Source of the DNA: an uncultured PS1 clade bacterium
GTDB taxonomy: Bacteria; Pseudomonadota; Alphaproteobacteria; MED-G09
Length of the DNA stretch: 64,000 nt
Direction: 5' to 3'
Assembly (NCBI GenBank): GCA_902537725.1
Contig: CACBCD010000005.1
Coordinates: 279 to 64,278, forward strand
Notes under the pieces: generated by a model
What the model was told of the DNA's origin: nothing
Seen by the model: only the letters and a program-made list of their open reading frames with translations
Databases searched by the model: none
Translations under genes and position numbers: made by a program
Part shown: in pieces, positions 9,974-19,264 of the stretch
Layout: each line of letters begins with the position of its first letter
How positions within the stretch are numbered: the stretch's first letter is position 1

Positions 9974-10643
9974 ATTTACGTTCTCCTAAAAAATCATCAG
10001 GATCAATATCGTTAAGTATTTCTCCGTCCTCATTCCAGAATGTGTATTCGGAAGAAATTTCACCATTGATATATTTTATTTCAGCCATAATTTGGCCATT
10101 TGCATACCATCGTCTCTCTAAACCATGAAGGACACCATCAAGAAACTCTCCCTCAATTTTCTTTTTTCCATCTGAATAATACTGCGTCTCTAATCCATTT
10201 TGATGCCCATCTTTAAAATTTCCCACAGCTTTTAAATTTCCATTAGGCCACCAGGCTTTAGAAATCCCTGTATGATGATCATCTTTAAACTCAGCAAAGC
10301 CTAAATATGATCCATCCTCATACCAAGACTCCATTGATCCATTTTTAACACCACCTTTATATTGAATTTTTGCTTTTAATTGGCCATTAGGAAAATAGTA
10401 GATTTCAAATCCTTCCTGAATATCATTAATAAAGACTAACTCTTTTTCAATATTACCATCACTATCATAGTGAATTTCTTTTCTTTGCTTATTCCAAAAT
10501 TTATTAGAGCTAACTACTTCAATCTGGCCAGTGGAGGTTTTTATAATTTCTTTTTGTTCATTTGAATAAATAAAATATCCAACTAAAAATAAAGCTACAA
10601 CAAAGATAAATAAAAATTTTATTTTCTTATTTTTCATTTTCAT
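9963..10643 (-). CDS. MORN-repeat (YwqK-like) protein, membrane-anchored or secreted
   Basis: Repeated YxxNGxL(K/E)...G motifs and an N-terminal hydrophobic anchor. Confidence 0.6.
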   Translation of the reverse strand: MKMKNKKIKFLFIFVVALFLVGYFIYSNEQKEIIKTSTGQIEVVSSNKFWNKQRKEIHYDSDGNIEKELVFINDIQEGFEIYYFPNGQLKAKIQYKGGVKNGSMESWYEDGSYLGFAEFKDDHHTGISKAWWPNGNLKAVGNFKDGHQNGLETQYYSDGKKKIEGEFLDGVLHGLERRWYANGQIMAEIKYINGEISSEYTFWNEDGEILNDIDPDDFLGERKFEH

Positions 10644-11868
10644 CCAGATCTAATGTTTTTAAAAACGAAGCTATTTGACTGACCTCTTTATCGTTTAAAT
10701 ATTGCACAATTTCGTTTGTATCATTCTTTGCAAGATACTTATTATACTGATGCCTTTGCAGTGGTGTCATTTTTTTTGCATCAAAAAATTGCAGTGGATC
10801 AAAGTGATATTGTATTGTTTCATCTAATGACATTACTGCCCCAGAATGGCTGTATGGTCGTGTTTTGGAGACATTATGTAGAGAGGGGGTACGAAATTTA
10901 TATTGATCCTCGGGATTGAACGTAGAATTATAAAGTCCATAATCAATACCAAACCCATTTTTTCCAAATCCTAATTGAGGAAAAGGAACAGTATAAAAAT
11001 TAAAATCTGAAAAGTATGGTCCACTATGACATGACACACATCCACCTTTTCCATAAAATAGTAAGCCTCCATTTAACTCATCTTCATTAAGAGAAGTTTC
11101 ACCTTCAATAAACTTACTGAATTTTGATGGTCTCAATTTAAATTCTGAACGTATAAAATGTGCAAGCGCTGTTGCAATATTAATAAATTCTATCTCTTCA
11201 AAATTCACGCCAATTTCTTTTGCTAGTTTTTTCATTAAAGCAGGTTCTTTAACAATTAAATTTTCAACAACTCTTTTATAAATTTCATCCGCTGCACTTG
11301 TTGTTTCTTTTTTAAAGCTTTTTACCACATAGTCCTCTTGAAGAGTTTCCCTTATCTCCACAACAGGAAGGTGAACAGCTGTAATAAGGAGGTCTTCACT
11401 TGGTGTATCTTTTCCAAATTGACTTGTAATAGTTTCACCAGATCTACTTACTCTTCCATCCCAGAAAAAAGTTGAGAAACCTTTTCCTCCTACTCCCCAT
11501 AGGGCAAGGGTATTTCTAGGAACAACCTTACCACCAGCTTTATAACGAGATATTCCTTCACCATCTCCTCCTATCCCTATAGCATTTGGTAATCCATCAC
11601 CGGAGGCAGCCTTATCAAAATGACAGCTAACACAGGCAACTCCTCCATTTAAGCTAAGATTTTCACTTTCAAAAAGATCTTTGCCAATGGCTGCCATATT
11701 TTCATCTACTGGAATATGTGTTGATGAAGGTAAGTCATAACCTGATGCTTTGGCTCTCTCTTTAATAATGGACTCTTTGTAAACATTGCTGGCCTGAGCC
11801 TTCAAATTGCCATAAAAATTAAAAAGGAAAATTAAGCAAAAAATAAAAGTTTTAATATTTAAATTCAT
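10627..11868 (-). CDS. Di-heme cytochrome c peroxidase / MauG-like enzyme
   Basis: Signal peptide and two CxxCH motifs (CVSCHFDK and CVSCHSGPYF), with CCP/MauG architecture. Confidence 0.8.
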   Translation of the reverse strand: MNLNIKTFIFCLIFLFNFYGNLKAQASNVYKESIIKERAKASGYDLPSSTHIPVDENMAAIGKDLFESENLSLNGGVACVSCHFDKAASGDGLPNAIGIGGDGEGISRYKAGGKVVPRNTLALWGVGGKGFSTFFWDGRVSRSGETITSQFGKDTPSEDLLITAVHLPVVEIRETLQEDYVVKSFKKETTSAADEIYKRVVENLIVKEPALMKKLAKEIGVNFEEIEFINIATALAHFIRSEFKLRPSKFSKFIEGETSLNEDELNGGLLFYGKGGCVSCHSGPYFSDFNFYTVPFPQLGFGKNGFGIDYGLYNSTFNPEDQYKFRTPSLHNVSKTRPYSHSGAVMSLDETIQYHFDPLQFFDAKKMTPLQRHQYNKYLAKNDTNEIVQYLNDKEVSQIASFLKTLDLDENEK

Positions 11869-12247
11869 GGGTCTCTATAAATGTATCTATATGTGTATTG
11901 TTTTCTTCTATGGCTTCAAGACCTAATTTAGATAGATCATTAGGACTAACCCCCCACGAAATCATAAATTTTCTTAGTTTATCATAGTCATGACAATGTA
12001 CTAATCCCACTTCAGACATTTCTAATGCTTTCAAAGATTCCATAGATTTTTCAACTGTAACTCTATTCTTTGCTATTAAATGATTGCGCATAGCACTATC
12101 ACAGATAAACATTTTTTCTTTATATTCTTCTCCATAAAAATTATTTACGGCATAAGGTGCTACAATAAATTTTACTGCAAGGGCCAAACAGGATAAGCCA
12201 GCAACAACATTGATTAATACAAGAAATTTTTCAGATTTTTTCAACAT
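11852..12247 (-). CDS. Small membrane-anchored hypothetical protein
   Basis: N-terminal transmembrane helix; overlaps both neighbours. Confidence 0.4.
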   Translation of the reverse strand: MLKKSEKFLVLINVVAGLSCLALAVKFIVAPYAVNNFYGEEYKEKMFICDSAMRNHLIAKNRVTVEKSMESLKALEMSEVGLVHCHDYDKLRKFMISWGVSPNDLSKLGLEAIEENNTHIDTFIETHEFKY

Positions 12248-12642
12248 TGTAATAACTCTCTTGTTTTTTCATCAATTATTCCCGATGGATTTAAATTATT
12301 ATTATATTGAAAGTACAATGTTTCAACCAGAACCTCATGACTGGTTATGTCTTCGATATTGGCAAAGTTATGGCCTTGATCATTCATCTTCACCAAACAC
12401 CCAATCATCCATGGTGCATCTTTTTTTATTCTCTCTTTGCGCTCTTGCTCAAGGGCGACTGCAGGATTAGCAGGTAACACAAAAGTCCTAGGTGTACTTC
12501 CCTCGTTTCTTCCTCCTTCAATCTCAACTTGAATTGGGGCTTTAAACAAATCTTTTGCATATAATAAAAATCCAAATGGAGTAATTGTTACAAGATAAAG
12601 AAGTGTTAAAGAAAAAATTAAAATAAAATTTCGCTCAGACAT
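12241..12642 (-). CDS. Small membrane-anchored hypothetical protein
   Basis: N-terminal transmembrane helix; immediately downstream of hxsC. Confidence 0.4.
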   Translation of the reverse strand: MSERNFILIFSLTLLYLVTITPFGFLLYAKDLFKAPIQVEIEGGRNEGSTPRTFVLPANPAVALEQERKERIKKDAPWMIGCLVKMNDQGHNFANIEDITSHEVLVETLYFQYNNNLNPSGIIDEKTRELLQC

Positions 12643-13812
12643 TTATGAAAAAGCCTTTATATGATCACTATGTTTATAAAGAATTTGAGATGAGAAAAAA
12701 CCACCACATTCATGCTTACGCGAACATTTATTGCATTCATCTAAATATTCATTTTTCCAGTCACTGATTGAGTGAACATAATTATCTTCAACATCTGGGT
12801 TAACAGTGCATAACTGATGATTATAAACAGAATTATTTATTTTACTTCTGTTTAAGACAGCAACGGCCTGACTTAGAGTATCTTTATAGTCATAAGGATC
12901 AATCCATAAATCAGGTAAATTTGCCCGTGTAAATCCAGTTATTTCAAGTCCCATCAAAGCAACATGATCAACGAATAGAAGGTTACGAGAAATATATTCA
13001 CAGGTCTCAACAAGTCGTCCTATTGTTTGCTGATGAATGACAATCCTAATTTCTACTTTTTGATTCAAAGCTTTTAAATTTAAAATACCCTGAATTGTTT
13101 CATCAAATGCATCTTCAGATTGAACAACATAATTATGAATTTCAGGTACATCTGAATAAATTGGAATACAGATCATACAATTAGGATGATCTATTTTATG
13201 TAAAAGTCTTGCATATTCAGGATCGGAGAATGCTCTACCATTAGATAATATATCAATAGCGGTTTGTGGAAGGTAACCTCGACACTTCTCTACTAAGTCA
13301 ATTAACTTTTCTTTATAAATAGTAGGCTCACCACCAGAAAATCCCATACGTACTGTGTCACGAGGAATTAACTCTATGGCTTCCATAGCTCTCTCCAGCA
13401 ACCATGAGTCTTCTTTAGATTTTGGTGGTTGAGAACACATTAAACAATAATGATTACAGCGTTCGGTTAATAAAAAAGTATTGTATTTTGCATTACTTCT
13501 AAAGATTGCCCAAATACTTCCATCATCTTTAAAGTTAATAATATCCCCAGCTTCCATATAATCCATATATTGAGGAATATGGAACCAATTCTTATGCTTA
13601 GAAGTACTAAAAACTGATGCATTTTGCGATATATAAGCACCAAAACCATCTGGTAAATTAGTATCTATGTTTTCTTTAAGAATGTAAGCATACTTTTCAC
13701 GAAGGGGAAAAGGTAAGCTACTATCATCAGAAATAATAAGCATTTTGTGACCGATAAAGTCACAATGAAAATCTTTTGTGGATCCTCTTAATTGAAGCAT
13801 TAGTTTATCCAA
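12643..13812 (-). CDS. hxsC: Radical SAM maturase, His-Xaa-Ser system HxsC-like
   Basis: CxxxCxxC motif (CNHYCLMC); paired with the second rSAM; lies in an operon with the HXS-repeat precursor. Confidence 0.6.
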   Translation of the reverse strand: MDKLMLQLRGSTKDFHCDFIGHKMLIISDDSSLPFPLREKYAYILKENIDTNLPDGFGAYISQNASVFSTSKHKNWFHIPQYMDYMEAGDIINFKDDGSIWAIFRSNAKYNTFLLTERCNHYCLMCSQPPKSKEDSWLLERAMEAIELIPRDTVRMGFSGGEPTIYKEKLIDLVEKCRGYLPQTAIDILSNGRAFSDPEYARLLHKIDHPNCMICIPIYSDVPEIHNYVVQSEDAFDETIQGILNLKALNQKVEIRIVIHQQTIGRLVETCEYISRNLLFVDHVALMGLEITGFTRANLPDLWIDPYDYKDTLSQAVAVLNRSKINNSVYNHQLCTVNPDVEDNYVHSISDWKNEYLDECNKCSRKHECGGFFSSQILYKHSDHIKAFS

Positions 13813-15281
13813 CTTTCAAAAATAGAACGGGTTTCCAAATTGGAATCATAGGTATCCAACAAATGACTAAAAGTATTATAATTTCTGTAGCAAAAATCTG
13901 ATTCTGCTTTTTTCCCTAAAAAATCCCCTGTAGTAGCATAATGAAATACAGGATCTGCTCCGCAATATTGCTCAAAAGCACATTCACTACAACGCGGTGC
14001 GCTTGTTGTCATAGATTGTTCAAGAGGATCGAGAAGTTTATCGCTTAAAAATACATCTTTAAAATTATCTGTCGCAAGATTTCCAATTTCAAAAGTATTA
14101 TCACCCATTTCGGCAAGCATTCTTCCTTCATCAGAGGCAAATATCTTGCCATCATAATTATATACTATACCACCAATACCAATCCCTGCTGGGGATCGAA
14201 GGTCAACATAACCGGGGTCTTTGAGTGTAAGTATTTTTTTCAAAATTGTAGCAGAATAGAATTCTCTAAAATGAACACCTGATTTATTTATTTCTAATAT
14301 ATATTCTAAACCAGTCTTATAAAATTCAAACCACTTCTTACTTCCATAGGCATTGTATTTTTTAGTTTTAATAGCAAATCCGTAAGGTGATAAAGGTCTT
14401 AAAAAAATTCCAGAGAATCCCTGTTTTAAATATTCATCAATTATTATTCTTGGATCATCTAAGCTCTTATCTGTTGTTGTCATTAGGGCATTCACTTTAT
14501 CAAAGCCAAGCTTTTCTCTAACTTTTTTTATTCCTTCAGTTGCCAACTCATAACTGTTGTTGCCAGGTCTTGGCCTATTGTGATTATGTAAAGATGCTGG
14601 CCCGTCTAATGATGTGGAAATCTCTATATCATGAAGTTTACAATAATCTAAAATTTCATCAGTAATAACAGCTAGATTTGTTGCAATTACAAAAGATAAA
14701 TCCTTCCCAATAGCCTCATTTTTTTCTTTAGCATCATGAACAATGAATTTAAGAGTATCAAAATTTAATAAGGGTTCACCACCTTGAAATTCTATCTTTA
14801 TTCTTGGCGATGGTCCTGACAGTGCAAAATCAACAGCTTTTGAAGCAGTTTCATAGGACATATCAAAGGCAAGCTTATCATCAGATTGTCTTGAAACCTG
14901 ACAATAAGGACAACTATGTTCACACCGAAGAGAGATTACAAACATATGAAGAGATGTAAGATTGGAATAATTTGAGAGCTTTGTTCGTGTTTTTATTCCT
15001 AATAATTGTTTAGCCGATTGTGTTTGGTCGTCACAAATAAAATGTAAGGATCTAAGATTTAAATAATCATCAGAATCATTTGGAAGGGTTCCATCAACTA
15101 AACTCTTTAGAACCTCATCTTTCGTAAAGAAATATTCTCCTACTAAATTTGTAAGTAAAACTCTTCCATTGATACGTGCAAAACGAAAGGGAAGAAGCTC
15201 ATAACTTTCATTAGTATTTTGAAAAAAATTTTGCTTTTGAAACTTAGTCATTATCAGAAAGTCCAGATTTTGAAAAAGCAA
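13800..15281 (-). CDS. hxsB: Radical SAM/SPASM maturase, His-Xaa-Ser system HxsB-like
   Basis: CEHSCPYC rSAM motif, plus a C-terminal SPASM-like CSECAFEQYC. The true start may be the internal Met at 15251. Confidence 0.65.
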   Translation of the reverse strand: MLFQNLDFLIMTKFQKQNFFQNTNESYELLPFRFARINGRVLLTNLVGEYFFTKDEVLKSLVDGTLPNDSDDYLNLRSLHFICDDQTQSAKQLLGIKTRTKLSNYSNLTSLHMFVISLRCEHSCPYCQVSRQSDDKLAFDMSYETASKAVDFALSGPSPRIKIEFQGGEPLLNFDTLKFIVHDAKEKNEAIGKDLSFVIATNLAVITDEILDYCKLHDIEISTSLDGPASLHNHNRPRPGNNSYELATEGIKKVREKLGFDKVNALMTTTDKSLDDPRIIIDEYLKQGFSGIFLRPLSPYGFAIKTKKYNAYGSKKWFEFYKTGLEYILEINKSGVHFREFYSATILKKILTLKDPGYVDLRSPAGIGIGGIVYNYDGKIFASDEGRMLAEMGDNTFEIGNLATDNFKDVFLSDKLLDPLEQSMTTSAPRCSECAFEQYCGADPVFHYATTGDFLGKKAESDFCYRNYNTFSHLLDTYDSNLETRSIFESWIN

Positions 15282-15543
15282 AGGCTAGAATTAAATTTTT
15301 AACTCCATCTGTTTTATTTGCTATTTCAATTCTTAACTCTTGATCTAAAACTTCATTACGAAATTCAATTTCAAAGTCTTCATAATTATCAATTGTAGAA
15401 TCTTTTTTAGGAATTATCTTACAGATATAACTGCTTTCATCTTCAGAAATATCTAATGCACATCTATCAGAAAAAACATAAGCAGCTTTCTTAATTGCTT
15501 CTAGACTAGTGCACTGACTATCAAAGTTCAGTGATGACGACAA
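15244..15543 (-). CDS. hxsD: His-Xaa-Ser system protein HxsD-like
   Basis: 99 aa acidic protein with VLDQELRIE, which resembles the HxsD LLNDYxLRE signature. Lies between the precursor and the rSAM genes. Confidence 0.5.
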   Translation of the reverse strand: MSSSLNFDSQCTSLEAIKKAAYVFSDRCALDISEDESSYICKIIPKKDSTIDNYEDFEIEFRNEVLDQELRIEIANKTDGVKNLILAFAFSKSGLSDND

Positions 15544-15545
15544 TT

Positions 15546-15809
15546 TTAGTAACCAGAGCTGTGAGAAGAATGTGAGCCGTGAGAGCCGTGAGAGCCGTGA
15601 GAACTATGAGAGCTATGGCCAGCGGACTGGATAGCATCATTATCATTTCCATTATTTTCCATCAAAAGTTCAGATAATATTGGATTATCAATTTGAAGTT
15701 TTTTACCAGTTTGTTCTTCATATACATTACTAGCATGACTAGTTATTGCTCCTGCAGCGACTACTGCAACCGCTGAACTTAAACCTATTAAAAATTTCTT
15801 TTTTGACAT
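15546..15809 (-). CDS. hxsA: His-Xaa-Ser repeat precursor peptide HxsA-like with Sec signal peptide
   Basis: MSKKKFLIGLSSAVAVVAAGAITSHA signal peptide. C-terminus HSSHSSHGSHGSHGSHSSHSSGY, i.e. seven H-x-S repeats. Confidence 0.65.
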   Translation of the reverse strand: MSKKKFLIGLSSAVAVVAAGAITSHASNVYEEQTGKKLQIDNPILSELLMENNGNDNDAIQSAGHSSHSSHGSHGSHGSHSSHSSGY

Positions 15810-16429
15810 AATAATTTTTCACTAATTGATAAAACACTAACGATTCTTCTTAAGCCTGTCAAATTATTGTATTTATTAATAAAAAACTTTAAATTTTTTT
15901 AAATTAGATTACCATATTTATTAGTACAGGGAGGTATTTGATTTCATAGTAGAATTAGCAGCGATAGTTTTTTTATTACTTACGGCACCATTTTGGTTTC
16001 CACTCTTACTAGGACTTTTGCAATTCTCTCTAGTTATAATAATTCCTCTTTTATTCATTTTAGGCCTTGTAGCGATAATCGCTGTAATTGCCTGATATAG
16101 TTTAATCATTTGGAGGAAATATGACATTAGACACATTCACATCAGTAATATCCATTAGCGTCGTAGGGCTAATTATTTTTGGAATTGCTTTTTTATTAAT
16201 AGTAAAAATTTCTCCTTTTTCTGTAAAAAAAGAGATTGAAGAAGATCAAAATACATCACTTGGAATACTTATCGGAAGTATTTTTATCTCTTTAGCAATT
16301 ATAATAAGTGCTGCTATCAGCTAATTATTAAAACCTAAACGAGAATAAAAAAATAACTAGTATTGTGACTTGGTTACTTCCAAAAATATTTTCCCTTTAC
16401 TAAAAAGATTTATTTAGTATTTTAAAAGA

Positions 16430-16577
16430 ACATCATGAGAGAGTGTAAACTCCGCCAACCAGCCTTAATCGGGCAACGGTGGTCCAACGATGTGGTTTTA
16501 GGATAAGACCTTGATAAAGGCACCAAAACAACAATACGATTGAGGCTCTTACGATGTTTTTCGTAGGGGCTTTTTTT
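16430..16577 (+). ncRNA. GC-rich structured leader or small RNA ending in an intrinsic terminator
   Basis: Local GC is far above its surroundings. Ends with hairpin GAGGCTCTTACG/CGTAGGGGC plus a T7 run at 16542-16577, directly upstream of ORF 16599. No riboswitch class could be assigned by eye. Confidence 0.3.
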
Positions 16578-16598
16578 ATGTCTCTACTTAATTATTAA

Positions 16599-16793
16599 AT
16601 GGAGACAAAAATGAATAAAAAAAATGATATGGATCTCATTAATCAATTAATGAAAGAAAGAAGAGATGCTATACATAGCTATGGCTTTGATTCTGAAAAC
16701 TTTAAAAAAATTGATGCAAAGTTTCAAAAATTATTAAATAAATATAACCTTATTCACACTGAACTAACTTTGGGATGGAAACAAAATAAGTAA
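16599..16793 (+). CDS. Small hypothetical protein (64 aa)
   Basis: ORF immediately after the terminator-containing leader. No recognisable domain. Confidence 0.3.
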   Translation: METKMNKKNDMDLINQLMKERRDAIHSYGFDSENFKKIDAKFQKLLNKYNLIHTELTLGWKQNK

Positions 16794-18069
16794 AGTAATT
16801 AATATTGATAATAAGTTTACCTTTATAGATTTATTTGCAGGTTGCGGGGGTCTCTCCCTTGGTATGGAAAAAGCTGGTTTTTTTCCATTATATGTAAATG
16901 AACTGAATAACGATGCTCTTGAAACTTACTTAGTAAATAGAGAAAAGTTTTTTCCTCACTTAAGGAATAAATATAATTCAAATGATATAAAAGATGTAAT
17001 TTCTGATAAAAATTTTTTTAATAATTTATTTAAAAATTTAAAAAACGATTTCAATAGAGATTTTAAAAAAAATTCTATCGATTTAATAACTGGAGGACCT
17101 CCCTGCCAAGGTTTTTCAGGTATGGGAATAAGAAGATCTTACTCAGTTGAAAAAAAACAGCTTCCATCAAATCATCTCTATCAGGATATGGCTTTTTTCA
17201 TACATCAGATTAGACCAAAAATATTTTTATTTGAGAATGTTGAAGGCCTAATAAGATCAAGATGGACAAAAAATGGAGAAAAAGGTGAGATATTTAATGA
17301 TGTATTAACAACATTCAGAAATATTCCAAATTACAATGTAAAATATAAACTTATCTATGCAAAAGATTATGGTGTTCCTCAAAATAGACCTCGAGTTTTA
17401 ATTGTAGGAATTCGTAAAGATTTCTCAAATAATTTTTTAGATGATGATGCTGTTTTAGCGGAATTTCTTCCTTTTCCTACATCAGATTATCCGGATATAG
17501 AGGAAATTTTTTCAGATATTATTGATGATAATTTTGTTTACGGGGAATCAACAAATATATATAAAAATGATCCCTTAAATAAATGGCAGGAGAACATTAG
17601 ATTTAATCCATTTACTAAGCAGATCTTAAAGAAAAATGATCCACTTACAGATCAACAATATAGTAGGCATTCTTTAAAGGTAATTGAAAAATTTACTTAT
17701 ATGATAAAAAATAATGGAGAAATTCCAGAGCATTTAAAAACTAAAAAATTTTCTCAAAGAGTTCTTCCAAGTAAGTGGGGTAATAAAGGACCCACTATAA
17801 CAGCATGTTCATTACCCGATGATTTCGTTCATTACAGTCAGCCAAGATCATTAACAGTTAGAGAATGGGCAAGACTACAAACTTTTCCTGACTGGTATGA
17901 ATTTAAAGGAAAAAGGACCACAGGCGGAATAAGAAGAGCAGGTAATCCAAGAAAGTCTATTTTTGATAGGGAGGTTCCAAAATACACTCAAATTGGTAAC
18001 GCTGTTCCAGTTAAACTAGCTTTTGAAATAGGCAAACATTTTGTTAAAATTTTAAAAAATTATAACTAA
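16786..18069 (+). CDS. DNA (cytosine-5)-methyltransferase, Type II R-M
   Basis: Motif IV GGPPCQGFS, ENV motif FLFENVEG, motif X QIGNAVPV. Motif I FIDLFAGCGGLSLG is encoded upstream of the first ATG at 16864, which implies a non-ATG start (ATA 16786 or ATT 16798). Confidence 0.8.
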   Translation: MSKVINIDNKFTFIDLFAGCGGLSLGMEKAGFFPLYVNELNNDALETYLVNREKFFPHLRNKYNSNDIKDVISDKNFFNNLFKNLKNDFNRDFKKNSIDLITGGPPCQGFSGMGIRRSYSVEKKQLPSNHLYQDMAFFIHQIRPKIFLFENVEGLIRSRWTKNGEKGEIFNDVLTTFRNIPNYNVKYKLIYAKDYGVPQNRPRVLIVGIRKDFSNNFLDDDAVLAEFLPFPTSDYPDIEEIFSDIIDDNFVYGESTNIYKNDPLNKWQENIRFNPFTKQILKKNDPLTDQQYSRHSLKVIEKFTYMIKNNGEIPEHLKTKKFSQRVLPSKWGNKGPTITACSLPDDFVHYSQPRSLTVREWARLQTFPDWYEFKGKRTTGGIRRAGNPRKSIFDREVPKYTQIGNAVPVKLAFEIGKHFVKILKNYN

Positions 18070-18085
18070 AGAAATTTATAATTAG

Positions 18086-19264
18086 ATGCTAATAAATGCA
18101 AATATTGATATTCTAGAAACTCTGTCCGCCTTTAGAGCCGAAGGGTTAAGGGTGGCTTTTTTAGTACCCACAGAAACCGGTTTAAAAAAATCAATAATGG
18201 ATGCAACTCAACAGTTTAGGGAGTTCCTCTCCAATGAAGATATTCATAATTTTGATAATCAAAATCAAGGAACTGCTAATAAAAAACTGATAGAAACTAT
18301 TTTAATATCCAAAAATAATTACTTCCAAACCAAAACATCTCTATATAGACCAGAAACAAAAAAGGGGGACCCAAGAATATGGGTGTATGAGTTAGGCCAA
18401 CATGCTTCAGAGGGTGATCTCCTAGCATTTTTATCTTCTAAAGAACAGTTAGTCGTAATCAATTGTAGTAACTGCAACCTTAAGGATTTATTTGAATCCA
18501 TAAAATTAAAGATACCCAATATTCTATCTTTTGAGACTTCATCAATATCAGACGAATTACTTAATAAAATGAAAGGAATATCTAATAAAGGTTTCATTAA
18601 ATCTCTTAAGACAGGAGATACTGGCGTGGGATTTACCCTAGAAACTCTTTTGGGTATCCAAGCAAATTCATCAAAAACACCTGATTATAAAGGAATTGAA
18701 ATTAAATCAATTAGACGTAGAAATCCGAAAGGAACTTTTTTTAGTATGGCGCCTGACTGGAAAAAAAGTAACCTTACAGATATAGAGCTTATTGAAAAAA
18801 GGGGATACTACACTGAAAAATTTGGTCCTCTAAAATCTCTTCACCAAACACTATCAACCAAAAAGAACAAACGTAATTTAAAATTATTATTAGAAGAAAA
18901 AGATATCTATGGTGGTTTAGAGAGTAATAATATTTTTGAAAAAGATGTTTATTGGTCTTTGGAAGAGTTGCAAAAAAGAATAACTGCCAAGCACAAAGAA
19001 ACATTTTGGATTGATGTAGAGACAAAAGGATCAGGTATTAATGAAGAATTTAAATATAGATCAATAACCCATACCTCTGATGTAGACATCGGGGTGGTTC
19101 CATTATTATTGGAACAAGGGATGATTACTCTTGATTACGTACTTTGGGAAAAAGGAAAAAATTGGAAAAGTTATACTAAAAAAAGTGGCTATGATTATTT
19201 ATGGAAAATTAAAAAAAAGAACCTTGATACCTTATTTAAGTATATAAAAATATACGATTTATGA
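18086..19264 (+). CDS. Putative Type II restriction endonuclease, partner of the C5-MTase
   Basis: Co-oriented, 16 nt after the MTase. Possible PD-(D/E)xK-like segment PDYKGIEIKS. No other homology recognised. Confidence 0.45.
   Translation: MLINANIDILETLSAFRAEGLRVAFLVPTETGLKKSIMDATQQFREFLSNEDIHNFDNQNQGTANKKLIETILISKNNYFQTKTSLYRPETKKGDPRIWVYELGQHASEGDLLAFLSSKEQLVVINCSNCNLKDLFESIKLKIPNILSFETSSISDELLNKMKGISNKGFIKSLKTGDTGVGFTLETLLGIQANSSKTPDYKGIEIKSIRRRNPKGTFFSMAPDWKKSNLTDIELIEKRGYYTEKFGPLKSLHQTLSTKKNKRNLKLLLEEKDIYGGLESNNIFEKDVYWSLEELQKRITAKHKETFWIDVETKGSGINEEFKYRSITHTSDVDIGVVPLLLEQGMITLDYVLWEKGKNWKSYTKKSGYDYLWKIKKKNLDTLFKYIKIYDL

Noticed and set aside
12210-12470. 86-aa plus-strand ORF
   Set aside because: It is antisense to the two small membrane-anchored genes of the Hxs operon and has low complexity.
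15561-15617. Possible CRISPR-like short repeats
   Set aside because: The repeats are 9-bp, in-frame and encode the His-Xaa-Ser units of HxsA. There are no spacers and no cas genes.
15921-16324. Two small ORFs (71 aa on the minus strand, 67 aa on the plus strand) in the hxsA upstream region
   Set aside because: They overlap each other in the operon's promoter region. Their hydrophobic, low-complexity translations are typical of AT-rich noise. I kept them only as a possibility and did not annotate them.
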